Shown piece by piece: positions 52,865 to 63,777 of a stretch of 64,000 bases of DNA. The notes beneath the pieces are model-generated. The model searched no databases. It saw nothing but the letters and a program-made list of their open reading frames with translations, and had not been told where the DNA came from. The stretch covers positions 7,264,001-7,328,000 of the forward strand of contig OZ240241.1 in assembly GCA_965198115.1 (NCBI GenBank), given 5' to 3'. This stretch comes from Candidatus Latescibacterota bacterium (GTDB lineage Bacteria > Latescibacterota > UBA2968). A program made the position numbers and the translations under genes. Positions within the stretch are counted from its first letter, which is position 1; every line of letters begins with the position of its first letter.

Positions 52865-53398
52865 GTAGCCATAACGTCCATATTCGCTGGCCAGAGAGAC
52901 GATGTTCGCGGTCAGGACGGTCTCGCCGTCCGCCACCTTGAGCGTGTATCGCTGGGTACGGCGCACCTGACCCAGCACACGGCACGCCCGACGCTCCGAG
53001 ACAGCCAGGGCCTCACGCACGTGCCCGACCGCCTTCCTTCGCCGCGTCGGGCTCAGAAGTTTCCCCGGGACACCTCCTTGAGAATCGAGATATCCAGGGC
53101 CTGGTCGGCCACAAGACGTTTCAGACGCCCGTTCTCTTGCTCCAGCTCCTTCAGCCGGCGGACCTGGTCGACCTCCATACCGCCGTATTCCTTGCGCCAC
53201 CGGTAGTAGGTCTGTTCGCTGACGCCAAGCTCACGCGAGACCTCGCCGACCGTCTTGCCTTCCGAATATACGAATCTCTGCCTGACGGAGATGTCCGATG
53301 ATCTGCTCCGCTGTGTATCGCTTCCTGGCCATTCGGCCCCCTTTCTATGTTCCGATATCCTAACTTTAGGAATGGGAACAATCCAGGGGGGCAGGTCA
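52865..53398 (-). mobile_element. IS3 family left-half remnant (same element as 49393)
   Basis: IRL TGACCTGCCCC at 53398, frameshifted orfA, orfB truncated against an IS256 end at 52826-52864. Confidence 0.88.
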
Positions 53399-53490
53399 TG
53401 AGGATGTGGGCAAAACGAGCAGCGTGCGCTACAGTGGTTTGTCAGCTCAATTTCGACCGTGTGCGGCTCCGGACTAGGTGGGTAATCCAT
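53399..53490 (-). pseudogene. Radical SAM protein N-terminus, cut by IS3
   Basis: MDYPPSPEPHTVEIELTNHCSARCSFCPH (CxxxCxxC); SD-like AGGGG; starts 11 bp after the serS stop. Confidence 0.8.
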
Positions 53491-53501
53491 TAACGTCCCC
53501 T

Positions 53502-54740
53502 TTACCTTTTAATCTTCGTCATCCCATTGAGGTGGGACACGAGCGGTGGCGGAACGACGATCGAACCATCCGGTTCTTGGTAGTTCTCGATAATGACTGC
53601 GATCAAGCGGTCACAGAACCCAGTTGCAGATATAGTGTGAGGAAAGCCTCGTTCTTGTCCCACTTTGTAACGTATATTTCCACGACGAGTCTGGTAATCA
53701 CCCAGATTCGTATCTGAAGTCATCTCCCTGTAACGTGCCTGGTTGGGGAGCCACGCTTCAGTATCGTATTTAATCATGCCGGCAGCTGACAGATCCCCAG
53801 ACGAGGTGAGGACAACCCGGAATGGGATTTCAAGCTCCTGCATCAACCATTCAGCATTCTCTAGGCAACGCTGGTGCCATTCCTCCGATTCCGACGGATG
53901 ACAATACACAATCTGCTCCAGCTTATAGAACTGATGCACCCTGATGATGCCAGCGGTATCTCGTCCGTAGCTTCCTGCTTCGGTACGAAAACACATGGAG
54001 TCACCTAGGTATAATTTCGGTAACGACGTGAGCATTTCGTCCATATGGAGACCGAGAAGAATCTGTTCGCTCGTGCCAATTAGCGATAGGTCTTCTCCAG
54101 AAATGCGGAAGTTTTCTTTCTCCGAAAATGGCAGATAACCCGAACAGAACAGAGTCTGATCTTTAGCCAAGTACGGCGGAGAAATCAGTTCGAAACCTTG
54201 GATGTTGGCGCGTTCGTAGAACATCCGCATGAGCCCCATTCTCATGAGGACGGCTTCGTTCTTAAGGCAGTAAAACCGGGATTTAGCTGCATTGACGGCC
54301 CTGGGTATATCCAAAAGATCTAACGCGGCCCCGATTTCTCCATGTGGCCGGGGGGAAAAACTAAAGGATGGTGGCGAGCCAACGGTCCTAACGACGGTGT
54401 TCGCCTCTTCCCCACCAACTGGGACGCGGGGATCGAGAAGATTAGGGACCCAACTTAGCCGTTCCTTCAACTCGCGTTCCACTTTGTCGAGATCCCGAGA
54501 CAGATGTGATTCTTCTTTCTTCAATCGTTTGACTTCCTCCCGCCGCTCGATGTTTTCTCCGGAGCTCCACGACTTCGAGACTTCCTTGATTTGTTGACGT
54601 AGTGAATCCGCTTTCGAAATTAGCAACCGCCGTTCTCGGTCAAGCATCGCGATTGCATCGACATCAATGTCAGCACCCCGGGCTACACAATTAGCGCGGA
54701 TTTTCTCAAGTTCATGCCGAATTAGCTTAATATCTATCAT
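53502..54740 (-). CDS. serS: Seryl-tRNA synthetase, divergent island-borne copy
   Basis: MIDIKLIR N-terminal coiled-coil arm, [48 protein letters not shown]. Confidence 0.9.
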   Translation of the reverse strand: MIDIKLIRHELEKIRANCVARGADIDVDAIAMLDRERRLLISKADSLRQQIKEVSKSWSSGENIERREEVKRLKKEESHLSRDLDKVERELKERLSWVPNLLDPRVPVGGEEANTVVRTVGSPPSFSFSPRPHGEIGAALDLLDIPRAVNAAKSRFYCLKNEAVLMRMGLMRMFYERANIQGFELISPPYLAKDQTLFCSGYLPFSEKENFRISGEDLSLIGTSEQILLGLHMDEMLTSLPKLYLGDSMCFRTEAGSYGRDTAGIIRVHQFYKLEQIVYCHPSESEEWHQRCLENAEWLMQELEIPFRVVLTSSGDLSAAGMIKYDTEAWLPNQARYREMTSDTNLGDYQTRRGNIRYKVGQERGFPHTISATGFCDRLIAVIIENYQEPDGSIVVPPPLVSHLNGMTKIKR

Positions 54741-54795
54741 TGTTGTAGCGAATATTGGGTACTATGTGAGACAGGACTGGACGACAAGAGTCATT

Positions 54796-56169
54796 GAGCT
54801 CAGGTCAATAGGTGTGTAAAAGAAATCAGGCGGCCATCTTCCCGGCTTCGACCTGCGGTTCGGTTGAGTGTTTCTGATCGTAGACTTGTTGTAGCAAGTG
54901 TGGCGCGGTGAGTTTCCTGAATCGGCTCTCTGCGACCTTGAGCGTACGCCAGATGAGAGCCGTGGCGTTCCTGACTTTCTTGAATCGCCTGGCGGCGTTT
55001 GTGCGAAGCCGAACGGAAGCAAAGGGGCTCTCGACGACGTTCGTGGTTCTCAGGTGTTTCCAGTGTTCCTTCGGGAAGTCGTAGAACGTGACCATCCGAT
55101 CCCAGTCTCTTTCGAGCGTCTCCACGGCGGCAGGGAACTGTGAGCGATACCGTGCGGCAAAGCGTTTCCGGAGCTTCTCGGCCTCCTTTTTCGTGCCGGC
55201 ATAGGGGATCTGGACGAGCAGTGCGCGGGCTTCAGCCTGTGCACGCTTGGCGACCTTGTCGAGCACGTTGAGGATCTTGTGGTTCCAGCACCGTTGTTGC
55301 CGGCTCTCTGGCCAGACCTGATCAACGGCCGCCCAGATGCCCATATTCCCGTCCGCGGCGATCAGGACAGGATGTTCGAGCCCGCGATCCCGGAGATCCC
55401 GGAGCACCGTGAGCCAGGATTCTGTAGACTCTCGATAACCGGGTTCTATCGCCAGGATCTCCTTGCTGCCGTCGCTCATCGCGCCGATCACGACCAGCAG
55501 ACACGCCTTCTCGCGCTCGAGCCCGGCTTTGACGTAGATGCCATCAGCCCAGGCGTAGACCAGTTCGCGATTATCCAGACGCCTTTCTTTCCAGTCCTGG
55601 AAGTCGACCTCCCACTTCCCTCGAAGACGAGCGATCGAGGTCGGCGAAAGCGGCGCGCCATCACCGAGCAGCGCACGCAAAGACAACTCGAAGTCGCCCT
55701 GGGAGAGACCGTGGAGATAAAGGTCGGGAAGCAGATCTCCAATGGCCCTGGTTCTCCGGGCGAACAGGGGGAGGATGCGGCTTTCAAACCGCTCTTCCAG
55801 ACCACGAACCCGGGGACGCCGGACCTTGATCGTTCCGCAGCTCGTCGAGAGACGCCGGGGCTTGCCGTAGCCGTTCCTGTAGCCCGTGGAGCTATCGACC
55901 TCGGCTCGGCGCTCATACCACGACCGGCCCAAGAACGCGGTCGCCTCCTCCTCCAGAATGGACTGGAACCGGCCCTGGATCTCTTCACGGATCCAATCGT
56001 CAACCGTCTCCCACGTCGGCATGGACTTCAATGGGGCTCTATGCGTATGTTCCTTCACGGCGATCCTCCTTCCCAACCGGGCCTCTCACCCGGTTTTGTG
56101 TGAATCAACTATCTCACGGGAAGGGTAGGGTCGCCCTTTCTCTTTTTCCACACCTTTTGATTATAGCTC
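54796..56169 (-). mobile_element. IS256 family (group C) copy 1, intact
   Basis: 1374 bp, TSD GAGTCATT, transposase 54826-56058. Confidence 0.95.
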
Positions 56170-56425
56170 GAGTCATTCCACAATTCATGCTTCCCCCAAT
56201 TGAGTCCGAGTGCCTTCCAACACAATGCCGTCTGTGAAACGACAGATCGTAGCATTGCCGTCATTTACTCTCTCGGGTCCCTTTTCTATCTTTCGTTGCA
56301 GATGTGTTGTGTCGAGGGGAGGGATCTGAAACTACCCAAGCTGTGATTTAAGAATCCATATACGGATCCTGCCATGGCGGTGAGGTATTTTGAGGGACGA
56401 GATTTCCCCACCAAATTGTGCCCCA

Positions 56426-58196
56426 TCAAGATTTGATTTCGATTGCTAAACATCGTTCGCTTCGTTTTAGAACTATGAGATTGGTTGACATCCAGAAGGG
56501 AATCCATACGCCTTCGTGTTCCACTGTAGGGTTGCGCAAAAGTGCTGGTACATCTATCTCCTTCCGTCCTTCGATTACTACTCTACCTAATTCCTCACAC
56601 ATCCCCGAATCCACAACGTAGTAGTGCCGAGCTATAATCAAAAGGTGTGGAAAAAGAGAAAGGGCGACCCTACCCTTCCCGTGAGATAGTTGATTCACAC
56701 AAAACCGGGTGAGAGGCCCGGTTGGGAAGGAGGATCGCCGTGAAGGAACATACGCATAGAGCCCCATTGAAGTCCATGCCGACGTGGGAGACGGTTGACG
56801 ATTGGATCCGTGAAGAGATCCAGGGCCGGTTCCAGTCCATTCTGGAGGAGGAGGCGACCGCGTTCTTGGGCCGGTCGTGGTATGAGCGCCGAGCCGAGGT
56901 CGATAGCTCCACGGGCTACAGGAACGGCTACGGCAAGCCCCGGCGTCTCTCGACGAGCTGCGGAACGATCAAGGTCCGGCGTCCCCGGGTTCGTGGTCTG
57001 GAAGAGCGGTTTGAAAGCCGCATCCTCCCCCTGTTCGCCCGGAGAACCAGGGCCATTGGAGATCTGCTTCCCGACCTTTATCTCCACGGTCTCTCCCAGG
57101 GCGACTTCGAGTTGTCTTTGCGTGCGCTGCTCGGTGATGGCGCGCCGCTTTCGCCGACCTCGATCGCTCGTCTTCGAGGGAAGTGGGAGGTCGACTTCCA
57201 GGACTGGAAAGAAAGGCGTCTGGATAATCGCGAACTGGTCTACGCCTGGGCTGATGGCATCTACGTCAAAGCCGGGCTCGAGCGCGAGAAGGCGTGTCTG
57301 CTGGTCGTGATCGGCGCGATGAGCGACGGCAGCAAGGAGATCCTGGCGATAGAACCCGGTTATCGAGAGTCTACAGAATCCTGGCTCACGGTGCTCCGGG
57401 ATCTCCGGGATCGCGGGCTCGAACATCCTGTCCTGATCGCCGCGGACGGGAATATGGGCATCTGGGCGGCCGTTGATCAGGTCTGGCCAGAGAGCCGGCA
57501 ACAACGGTGCTGGAACCACAAGATCCTCAACGTGCTCGACAAGGTCGCCAAGCGTGCACAGGCTGAAGCCCGCGCACTGCTCGTCCAGATCCCCTATGCC
57601 GGCACGAAAAAGGAGGCCGAGAAGCTCCGGAAACGCTTTGCCGCACGGTATCGCTCACAGTTCCCTGCCGCCGTGGAGACGCTCGAAAGAGACTGGGATC
57701 GGATGGTCACGTTCTACGACTTCCCGAAGGAACACTGGAAACACCTGAGAACCACGAACGTCGTCGAGAGCCCCTTTGCTTCCGTTCGGCTTCGCACAAA
57801 CGCCGCCAGGCGATTCAAGAAAGTCAGGAACGCCACGACTCTCATCTGGCGTACGCTCAAGGTCGCAGAGAGCCGATTCAGGAAACTCACCGCGCCACAC
57901 TTGCTACAACAAGTCTACGATCAGAAACACTCAACCGGACCGCAGGTCGAAGCCGGGAAGATGGCCGCCTGATTTCTTTTACACACCTATTGACCTGAAC
58001 TCGGTAGTGCCTTCGAAACTTCTTCAATCCAATACTCCTGTTTCTGTTCGTTGACGTGCCAATGCCCACCTTGTCCGGGGGGGGCAGCCGTCATAATAAC
58101 ACGACTTGGCCTGAATCTGACAATATTGCGGATGAATTCATCAGAGTACTCTTCCTCGATGTGTTCAGCAACCTCTATGGAAAGAACAGTATCGGC
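56426..58196 (-). pseudogene. Class I SAM methyltransferase remnant split by an IS256
   Basis: 58196-58003 reads DTVLSIEVAEHI..TAAPPGQGGHWHVNEQ..YWI; continues after the IS as HYYVVD..WIPFWMSTNLIVLKR*. Confidence 0.7.
56629..58002 (+). mobile_element. IS256 family (group C) copy 2, intact
   Basis: 1374 bp, flanking GTAGTGCC duplicated, transposase 56740-57972. Confidence 0.95.
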
Positions 58197-58486
58197 GGTG
58201 TTGTGCCTATCGTAGTTGAAACTTAGAGGGCTCCAAACTTACGTTGGGTAGACGTGTAGGAGCGTATACCCGTAAGAAAGGAGCCCAGATGGAGAAGCTA
58301 TTTGTAAGCGATGGTGAAGTCAAGGTTGAGGGCGATGTCATCGATTTGGAGACGCGTTTGTCGGTGATCCAGGCGTTGATCCCGTTGGGTCTGGAGGCAG
58401 TGGCAGACCTCCTCCAGCAGGAGGTCGAGCAGCTCGCAGGCGTTCGGTATGCGCGCAAAGGTTCGGAGCAGGCGCATCGTCGGTGG

Positions 58487-58770
58487 GGGGTGTGTCCAGA
58501 GATTTGTGTAACTGGTGACACGATTACTTTAACGGGACACGATCTTCGAACATGATGGCGAACCGGTTGATGGCCCCATTCCAATCATTCAGTGGCCGGG
58601 TCCATCGTTTGGAGATGTTTCGGATCGCCAGATACAGGAGTTTGATGGCGGCCTGATCATTCGGGAACGCGCCTCTGTTCTTCGTGACTTTCCGGAGCGA
58701 TGCGTTCATTGACTCGATGGCGTTCGTCGTGTAGATCACCTTCCGGATCTCTGGTGGGTAGGCGAAGAAC
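58487..58770 (-). mobile_element. Classic IS256 3' remnant nested in the group B element
   Basis: IYTTNAIES.N..RK..K.RGAFPND..KLLYL; end TTACACAAATCTCTGGACACACCC. Confidence 0.8.
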
Positions 58771-59865
58771 GGGGTTCCAGGAGCGTCCCCTCGACGACTA
58801 CGGCTTCGTGACCCTCTTCATTGACGGAAAGAGCTTTGCCGACGAAGAGATCGTGATCGCTCTGGGGGTCACGATGGACGGCCAGAAGATCCCCCTGGGC
58901 TTCGTCGAATCGGCGACGGAGAACGAACGGATCTGCCGCCAGCTGATCCAGGACCTCATCCGGAGAGGCCTGTGCTACGATCAAGGCCTCCTCGTTGTGC
59001 TTGACGGCTCAAAGGGGCTCCGCAGTGCCGTCACCAAAGCCCTCAAAGGGTATGTGCGCGTGCATCGCTGTCAGTGGCACAAGCGCGAGAATGTCGTCAG
59101 CTATCTCCCGGAGAGGGAACGTCCAAGAGTTCGACGGAAGCTCCAGAAAGCCTATGACTGCGACACCTACGAGGAGGCAAAGGCCGCACTCGAATCACTT
59201 AAACCCGAACTGAAGCTGATGAATCAGTCTGCCGTAACGAGCCTCGAGGAAGGCCTGGAGGAAACCCTGACCCTCCACCGGCTGGGTATGCTCCCGTTCC
59301 TGAAACGAAGCTTCCGAACCACCAACTGCATCGAAGCCCTCAACAGCAGGACCGGCGAGCTCACTCGGAAGGTCAGACGCTGGAACAACTCTCCCCAGAG
59401 ACACAGATGGGTGGCTGCCGCACTCCTCGACATCGAACCTCGCCTGCGACGCGTGAGCGGATACAAACATCTTCCCCTACTCAGGCAAGCACTGAACAAA
59501 GATCTGAATCTCGACAACGAACAGAATGCTCAAAAGAGAGCCTGACCAAACTACGGGGCCCGATGAGTTTCAACTGACTATGGGACTTGACCCCGGGGGC
59601 CTATAACCCTGTCTTAGTCTTAAAACCAGTTTCACAGCCCCAGACTGTGATATAACTCTCTCACTGGCACTGGTACAAAATATCGGTCTGGTCAATGACT
59701 GAAGAGGTTGGTAGAAGAAGGCATTCAGGTTACCAGCCGCCGTCGGCCAAAGTTGCAACACAACCCACCCCTCCCTCTGAAAGACTGCCACCGACGGGCC
59801 GGCTTCTTGATCCTACCGCCCCGGTGGCCAACCACGATCCGTCGACCCGGCTCTACATGTCGGCT

Positions 59866-60744
59866 TCAGAACACGTAGCGCAAAGATACCCGAAGTCCAT
59901 GATTCGATAGATTCGCTCGGGTTTTGGCAAGGTCAAACTCCAGCGGGTCGCGACTTCCGTCGCGCCAGACAACCCGGCCTTTGGCCTGGCCGGTCTCCAC
60001 GGTACCGGAATCCGTGTAACGCCAGGCAAGATTCAGCGTTACCCTCTCCCCCAGCGATTTTGCAACTCCCGCAGCCAGCATCCAGGCAAAATTAACCTGT
60101 TCTCCGCCGGGAACGACGGTGGTCGTCTTCGGGAACTCCATGAGAGTTTCATCAATATTGACGCGGGACAGGCCACCACCACCCCCGATAAACGGCCTGA
60201 GGGGCCCGAGTCGAGGCAGGCCGACTTCGGTCAGATCCCAGTACGCAGCCAGCAAGCCGTGCAGTGAGGACAAATCCGCTGAAACATCCTGCCTGTCGGT
60301 GGTTTGTACAAAATTGGAGAGACCCTTGAAGGAAAACCTCGGGTGGTACTCAATAACAGCTTCCAGCCGAAGGGCAGGCGTCATGGCATAGCCGAACCCG
60401 AGATCGAAACCGGTCATTGTTCCGAAATCGCCACGTGCACTCAACGGGGTGCCGTCAAGGCCCTCCCCGCAGCCATAAAGAGCCGCCGGAGAGGTAATCG
60501 AGCAGTTCTTGTCCTGGAACCGCGTTTCTTCCGACCAGTCGAACACAACTCCAGTCACGAAATAGAATCTTGCCGAAGCGGCGGCCGTGTCGGAGACAGG
60601 CGGTGTGGGAGTCCGGCCGGGTGGCGTGGATGCGTCTTCACCTCTGGTATCGGTGGTTTGTGCGCATGTAATAACCGGAATGACCGCCACCATAATAGCC
60701 GCAACAAAGGCTGTCCGAGTCCATGATTCAAGAAAACCGATCAT
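59866..60744 (-). CDS. Outer-membrane beta-barrel protein (opacity/porin-like)
   Basis: Signal peptide, GFGY..LRLE, PFIGGGGG, FAW.L.AG, YTDSG, terminal LRYVF. Confidence 0.8.
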   Translation of the reverse strand: MIGFLESWTRTAFVAAIMVAVIPVITCAQTTDTRGEDASTPPGRTPTPPVSDTAAASARFYFVTGVVFDWSEETRFQDKNCSITSPAALYGCGEGLDGTPLSARGDFGTMTGFDLGFGYAMTPALRLEAVIEYHPRFSFKGLSNFVQTTDRQDVSADLSSLHGLLAAYWDLTEVGLPRLGPLRPFIGGGGGLSRVNIDETLMEFPKTTTVVPGGEQVNFAWMLAAGVAKSLGERVTLNLAWRYTDSGTVETGQAKGRVVWRDGSRDPLEFDLAKTRANLSNHGLRVSLRYVF

Positions 60745-60948
60745 CGGTTTATCTGTGAATCTCCAGGCTTTCCGCCACCCACCGATTTGTTGTCCTGATC
60801 CGCCATGTTAGAGGGTGCCCTGTTCTTGCTTCTCGGTGATGCGGCGCTGGATCAAGACGTTGATCTCCTCGGCCATTTTGGTCTTGCGCATGACGCAGCA
60901 TGGTTATCCGCAGGAACATCTTTGTGGTCTTCCAACTCGATTGCCTAG

Positions 60949-61325
60949 CCTGAATCATGCATGAATTTGAGTTTAGGTTGTTTTGGAGTGATGTGATCAC
61001 GCACAGGATTTGTTCTCGGCTTCTTCGGATGTCCAAGGTCCCGTAAGCGGTCTCTACGAGTCGCAAGAGTCACGATTTTCGTCCGGAACAGGTGTTGTTT
61101 TGCGACGTGTACATAGCTGTCCCCGGTATAGATCGGCGTTGTTACTGCGTGTTCGTTTCGAGCCTGGTGATGATTGACACCAAGACGTTTTTGAGTGGAT
61201 ACGATGTTGGAAAATGGAATCGGATTCTTCGTGCGCTTTCAATGACTCTCGCGCCGATTTTGAGGAAACGGTTCTGTATCGTGTTGACCTGAGGTTTGGT
61301 CCACGCGGTGCCCTTGAGCTTTGCC
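60949..61325 (-). mobile_element. IS1380 family 3' remnant
   Basis: TIQNRFLKIGARVIESARRI.FHFP.SYP; end ATGCATGATTCAGG. Confidence 0.7.
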
Positions 61326-62403
61326 GACGAAGAGATCGTGATCGCTCCGGGCGTCACGACGGACGGCCAGAAGATCCCCCTGGGCTTCGTCGAATCGGCG
61401 ACGGAGAACGAACGGATCTGCCGTCAGCTGATCCAGGATCTCATCCGGAGAGGCCTGTGCTACGACCAGGGCCTTCTCGTTGTGCTGGACGGCTCAAAGG
61501 GACTCCGCAGTGCCGTCACCAAAGCCCTCAAAGGGGATGTGTGCGTGCATCGCTGTCAGTGGCACAAGCGCGAGAACGTCGTCAGCTACCTCCCGGAGGC
61601 AGAACGTCCAAGAGTTCGACGGAAACTTCAGAAAGCCTATGACTGCGACACCTACGAGGAGGCAAAGGCCGCACTCGAATCACTCAAACCCGAACTCAAG
61701 CTGATGAATCAGTCTGCCGTGGCAAGCCTCGAGGAAGGACTGGAGGAAACCCTGACCCTCCACCGGCTGGGGATGCTCCCGTTCTTGAAGCGAAGCTTCC
61801 GAACCACCAATTGCATCGAGGCGCTCAACAGCATGACCGGCAACCTGATACGGAAGGTCAACCGCTGGAACAACTCTCCTCAGCGACACAGATGGGTCGC
61901 GGCCGCACTCCTCGACATCGAACCACGCCTGCGACGCGTGAGCGGATACAAACACCTCCCGCTGCTCAGGCAAGCACTGAAAAACAACCTGAATCTCGGC
62001 GACAATCAAGATGCTCGGCAGAGAGCATGAATACCACGGAGCCCGATGAGTTTCAACTGACTATGGGACTTGACCGTATCGGCCTTCTATCCCGACAGCT
62101 GAGGACTAACCGAATAATAGGGAAATCCTTTGCAGTGGCAAGGGGAGAAAACTCACTACCGCGTAGACCATGCTTCCCCATAGTTTTGCAGAAGAGTCGT
62201 CCCGCAATGATGCTTCAAAGCGCGTCTCCACGCTCTAACGAACAACCTATCCATCTCGCCCATAAATTGCCGGACAAACCCACCCGCAGGAAGGAAACGA
62301 AGGCAACCTTCTTCGATATGAGCCCAAGATTGATCGCGACCTGCCTCACGGTCACCTTCCAATCTTAGGTCCATCACCTGAACGACATTCCATAAGTAGA
62401 TTC

Positions 62404-63777
62404 GAGCTATAATCAAAAGGTGTGGAAAAAGAGAAAGGGCGACCCTACCCTTCCCGTGAGATAGTTGATTCACACAAAACCGGGTGAGAGGCCCGGTTGG
62501 GAAGGAGGATCGCCGTGAAGGAACATACGCATAGAGCCCCATTGAAGTCCATGCCGACGTGGGAGACGGTTGACGATTGGATCCGTGAAGAGATCCAGGG
62601 CCGGTTCCAGTCCATTCTGGAGGAGGAGGCGACCGCGTTCTTGGGCCGGTCGTGGTATGAGCGCCGAGCCGAGGTTGATAGCTCCAGGGGCTACAGGAAC
62701 GGCTACGGCAAGCCCCGGCGTCTCTCGACGAGCTGCGGAACGATCAAGGTCCGGCGTCCCCGGGTTCGTGGTCTGGAAGAGCGGTTTGAAAGCCGCATCC
62801 TCCCCCTGTTCGCCCGGAGAACCAGGGCCATTGGAGATCTGCTTCCCGACCTTTATCTCCACGGTCTCTCCCAGGGCGACTTCGAGTTGTCTTTGCGTGC
62901 GCTGCTCGGTGATGGCGCGCCGCTTTCGCCGACCTCGATCGCTCGTCTTCGAGGGAAGTGGGAGGTCGACTTCCAGGACTGGAAAGAAAGGCGTCTGGAT
63001 AATCGCGAACTGGTCTACGCCTGGGCTGATGGCATCTACGTCAAAGCCGGGCTCGAGCGCGAGAAGGCGTGTCTGCTGGTCGTGATCGGCGCGATGAGCG
63101 ACGGCAGCAAGGAGATCCTGGCGATAGAACCCGGTTATCGAGAGTCTACAGAATCCTGGCTCACGGTGCTCCGGGATCTCCGGGATCGCGGGCTCGAACA
63201 TCCTGTCCTGATCGCCGCGGACGGGAATATGGGCATCTGGGCGGCCGTTGATCAGGTCTGGCCAGAGAGCCGGCAACAACGGTGCTGGAACCACAAGATC
63301 CTCAACGTGCTCGACAAGGTCGCCAAGCGTGCACAGGCTGAAGCCCGCGCACTGCTCGTCCAGATCCCCTATGCCGGCACGAAAAAGGAGGCCGAGAAGC
63401 TCCGGAAACGCTTTGCCGCACGGTATCGCTCACAGTTCCCTGCCGCCGTGGAGACGCTCGAAAGAGACTGGGATCGGATGGTCACGTTCTACGACTTCCC
63501 GAAGGAACACTGGAAACACCTGAGAACCACGAACGTCGTCGAGAGCCCCTTTGCTTCCGTTCGGCTTCGCACAAACGCCGCCAGGCGATTCAAGAAAGTC
63601 AGGAACGCCACGACTCTCATCTGGCGTACGCTCAAGGTCGCAGAGAGCCGATTCAGGAAACTCACCGCGCCACACTTGCTACAACAAGTCTACGATCAGA
63701 AACACTCAACCGGACCGCAGGTCGAAGCCGGGAAGATGGCCGCCTGATTTCTTTTACACACCTATTGACCTGAACTC
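62404..63777 (+). mobile_element. IS256 family (group C) copy 3, intact
   Basis: 1374 bp, TSD GTAGATTC, transposase 62515-63747. Confidence 0.95.

Larger units (their letters stand above)
58197..62075 (+). mobile_element. Composite/nested IS256 (group B) structure
   Basis: IRL at 58197, IRRs at 59592 and 62075; TSD GTATCGGC at 58189-58196 and 62076-62083. Confidence 0.75.

Noticed and set aside
49393-53398. Two IS3 halves as ends of one composite element
   Set aside because: Both are truncated, the surviving IRR (50478) lies on the inner side, and no shared TSD was seen
53053-53490. Radical SAM-transposase fusion ORF
   Set aside because: Chance read-through across the IS3 junction at 53398
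54796-58002. Inverted IS256 pair as a composite transposon around 459 bp
   Set aside because: Each copy has its own TSD, so they are independent insertions
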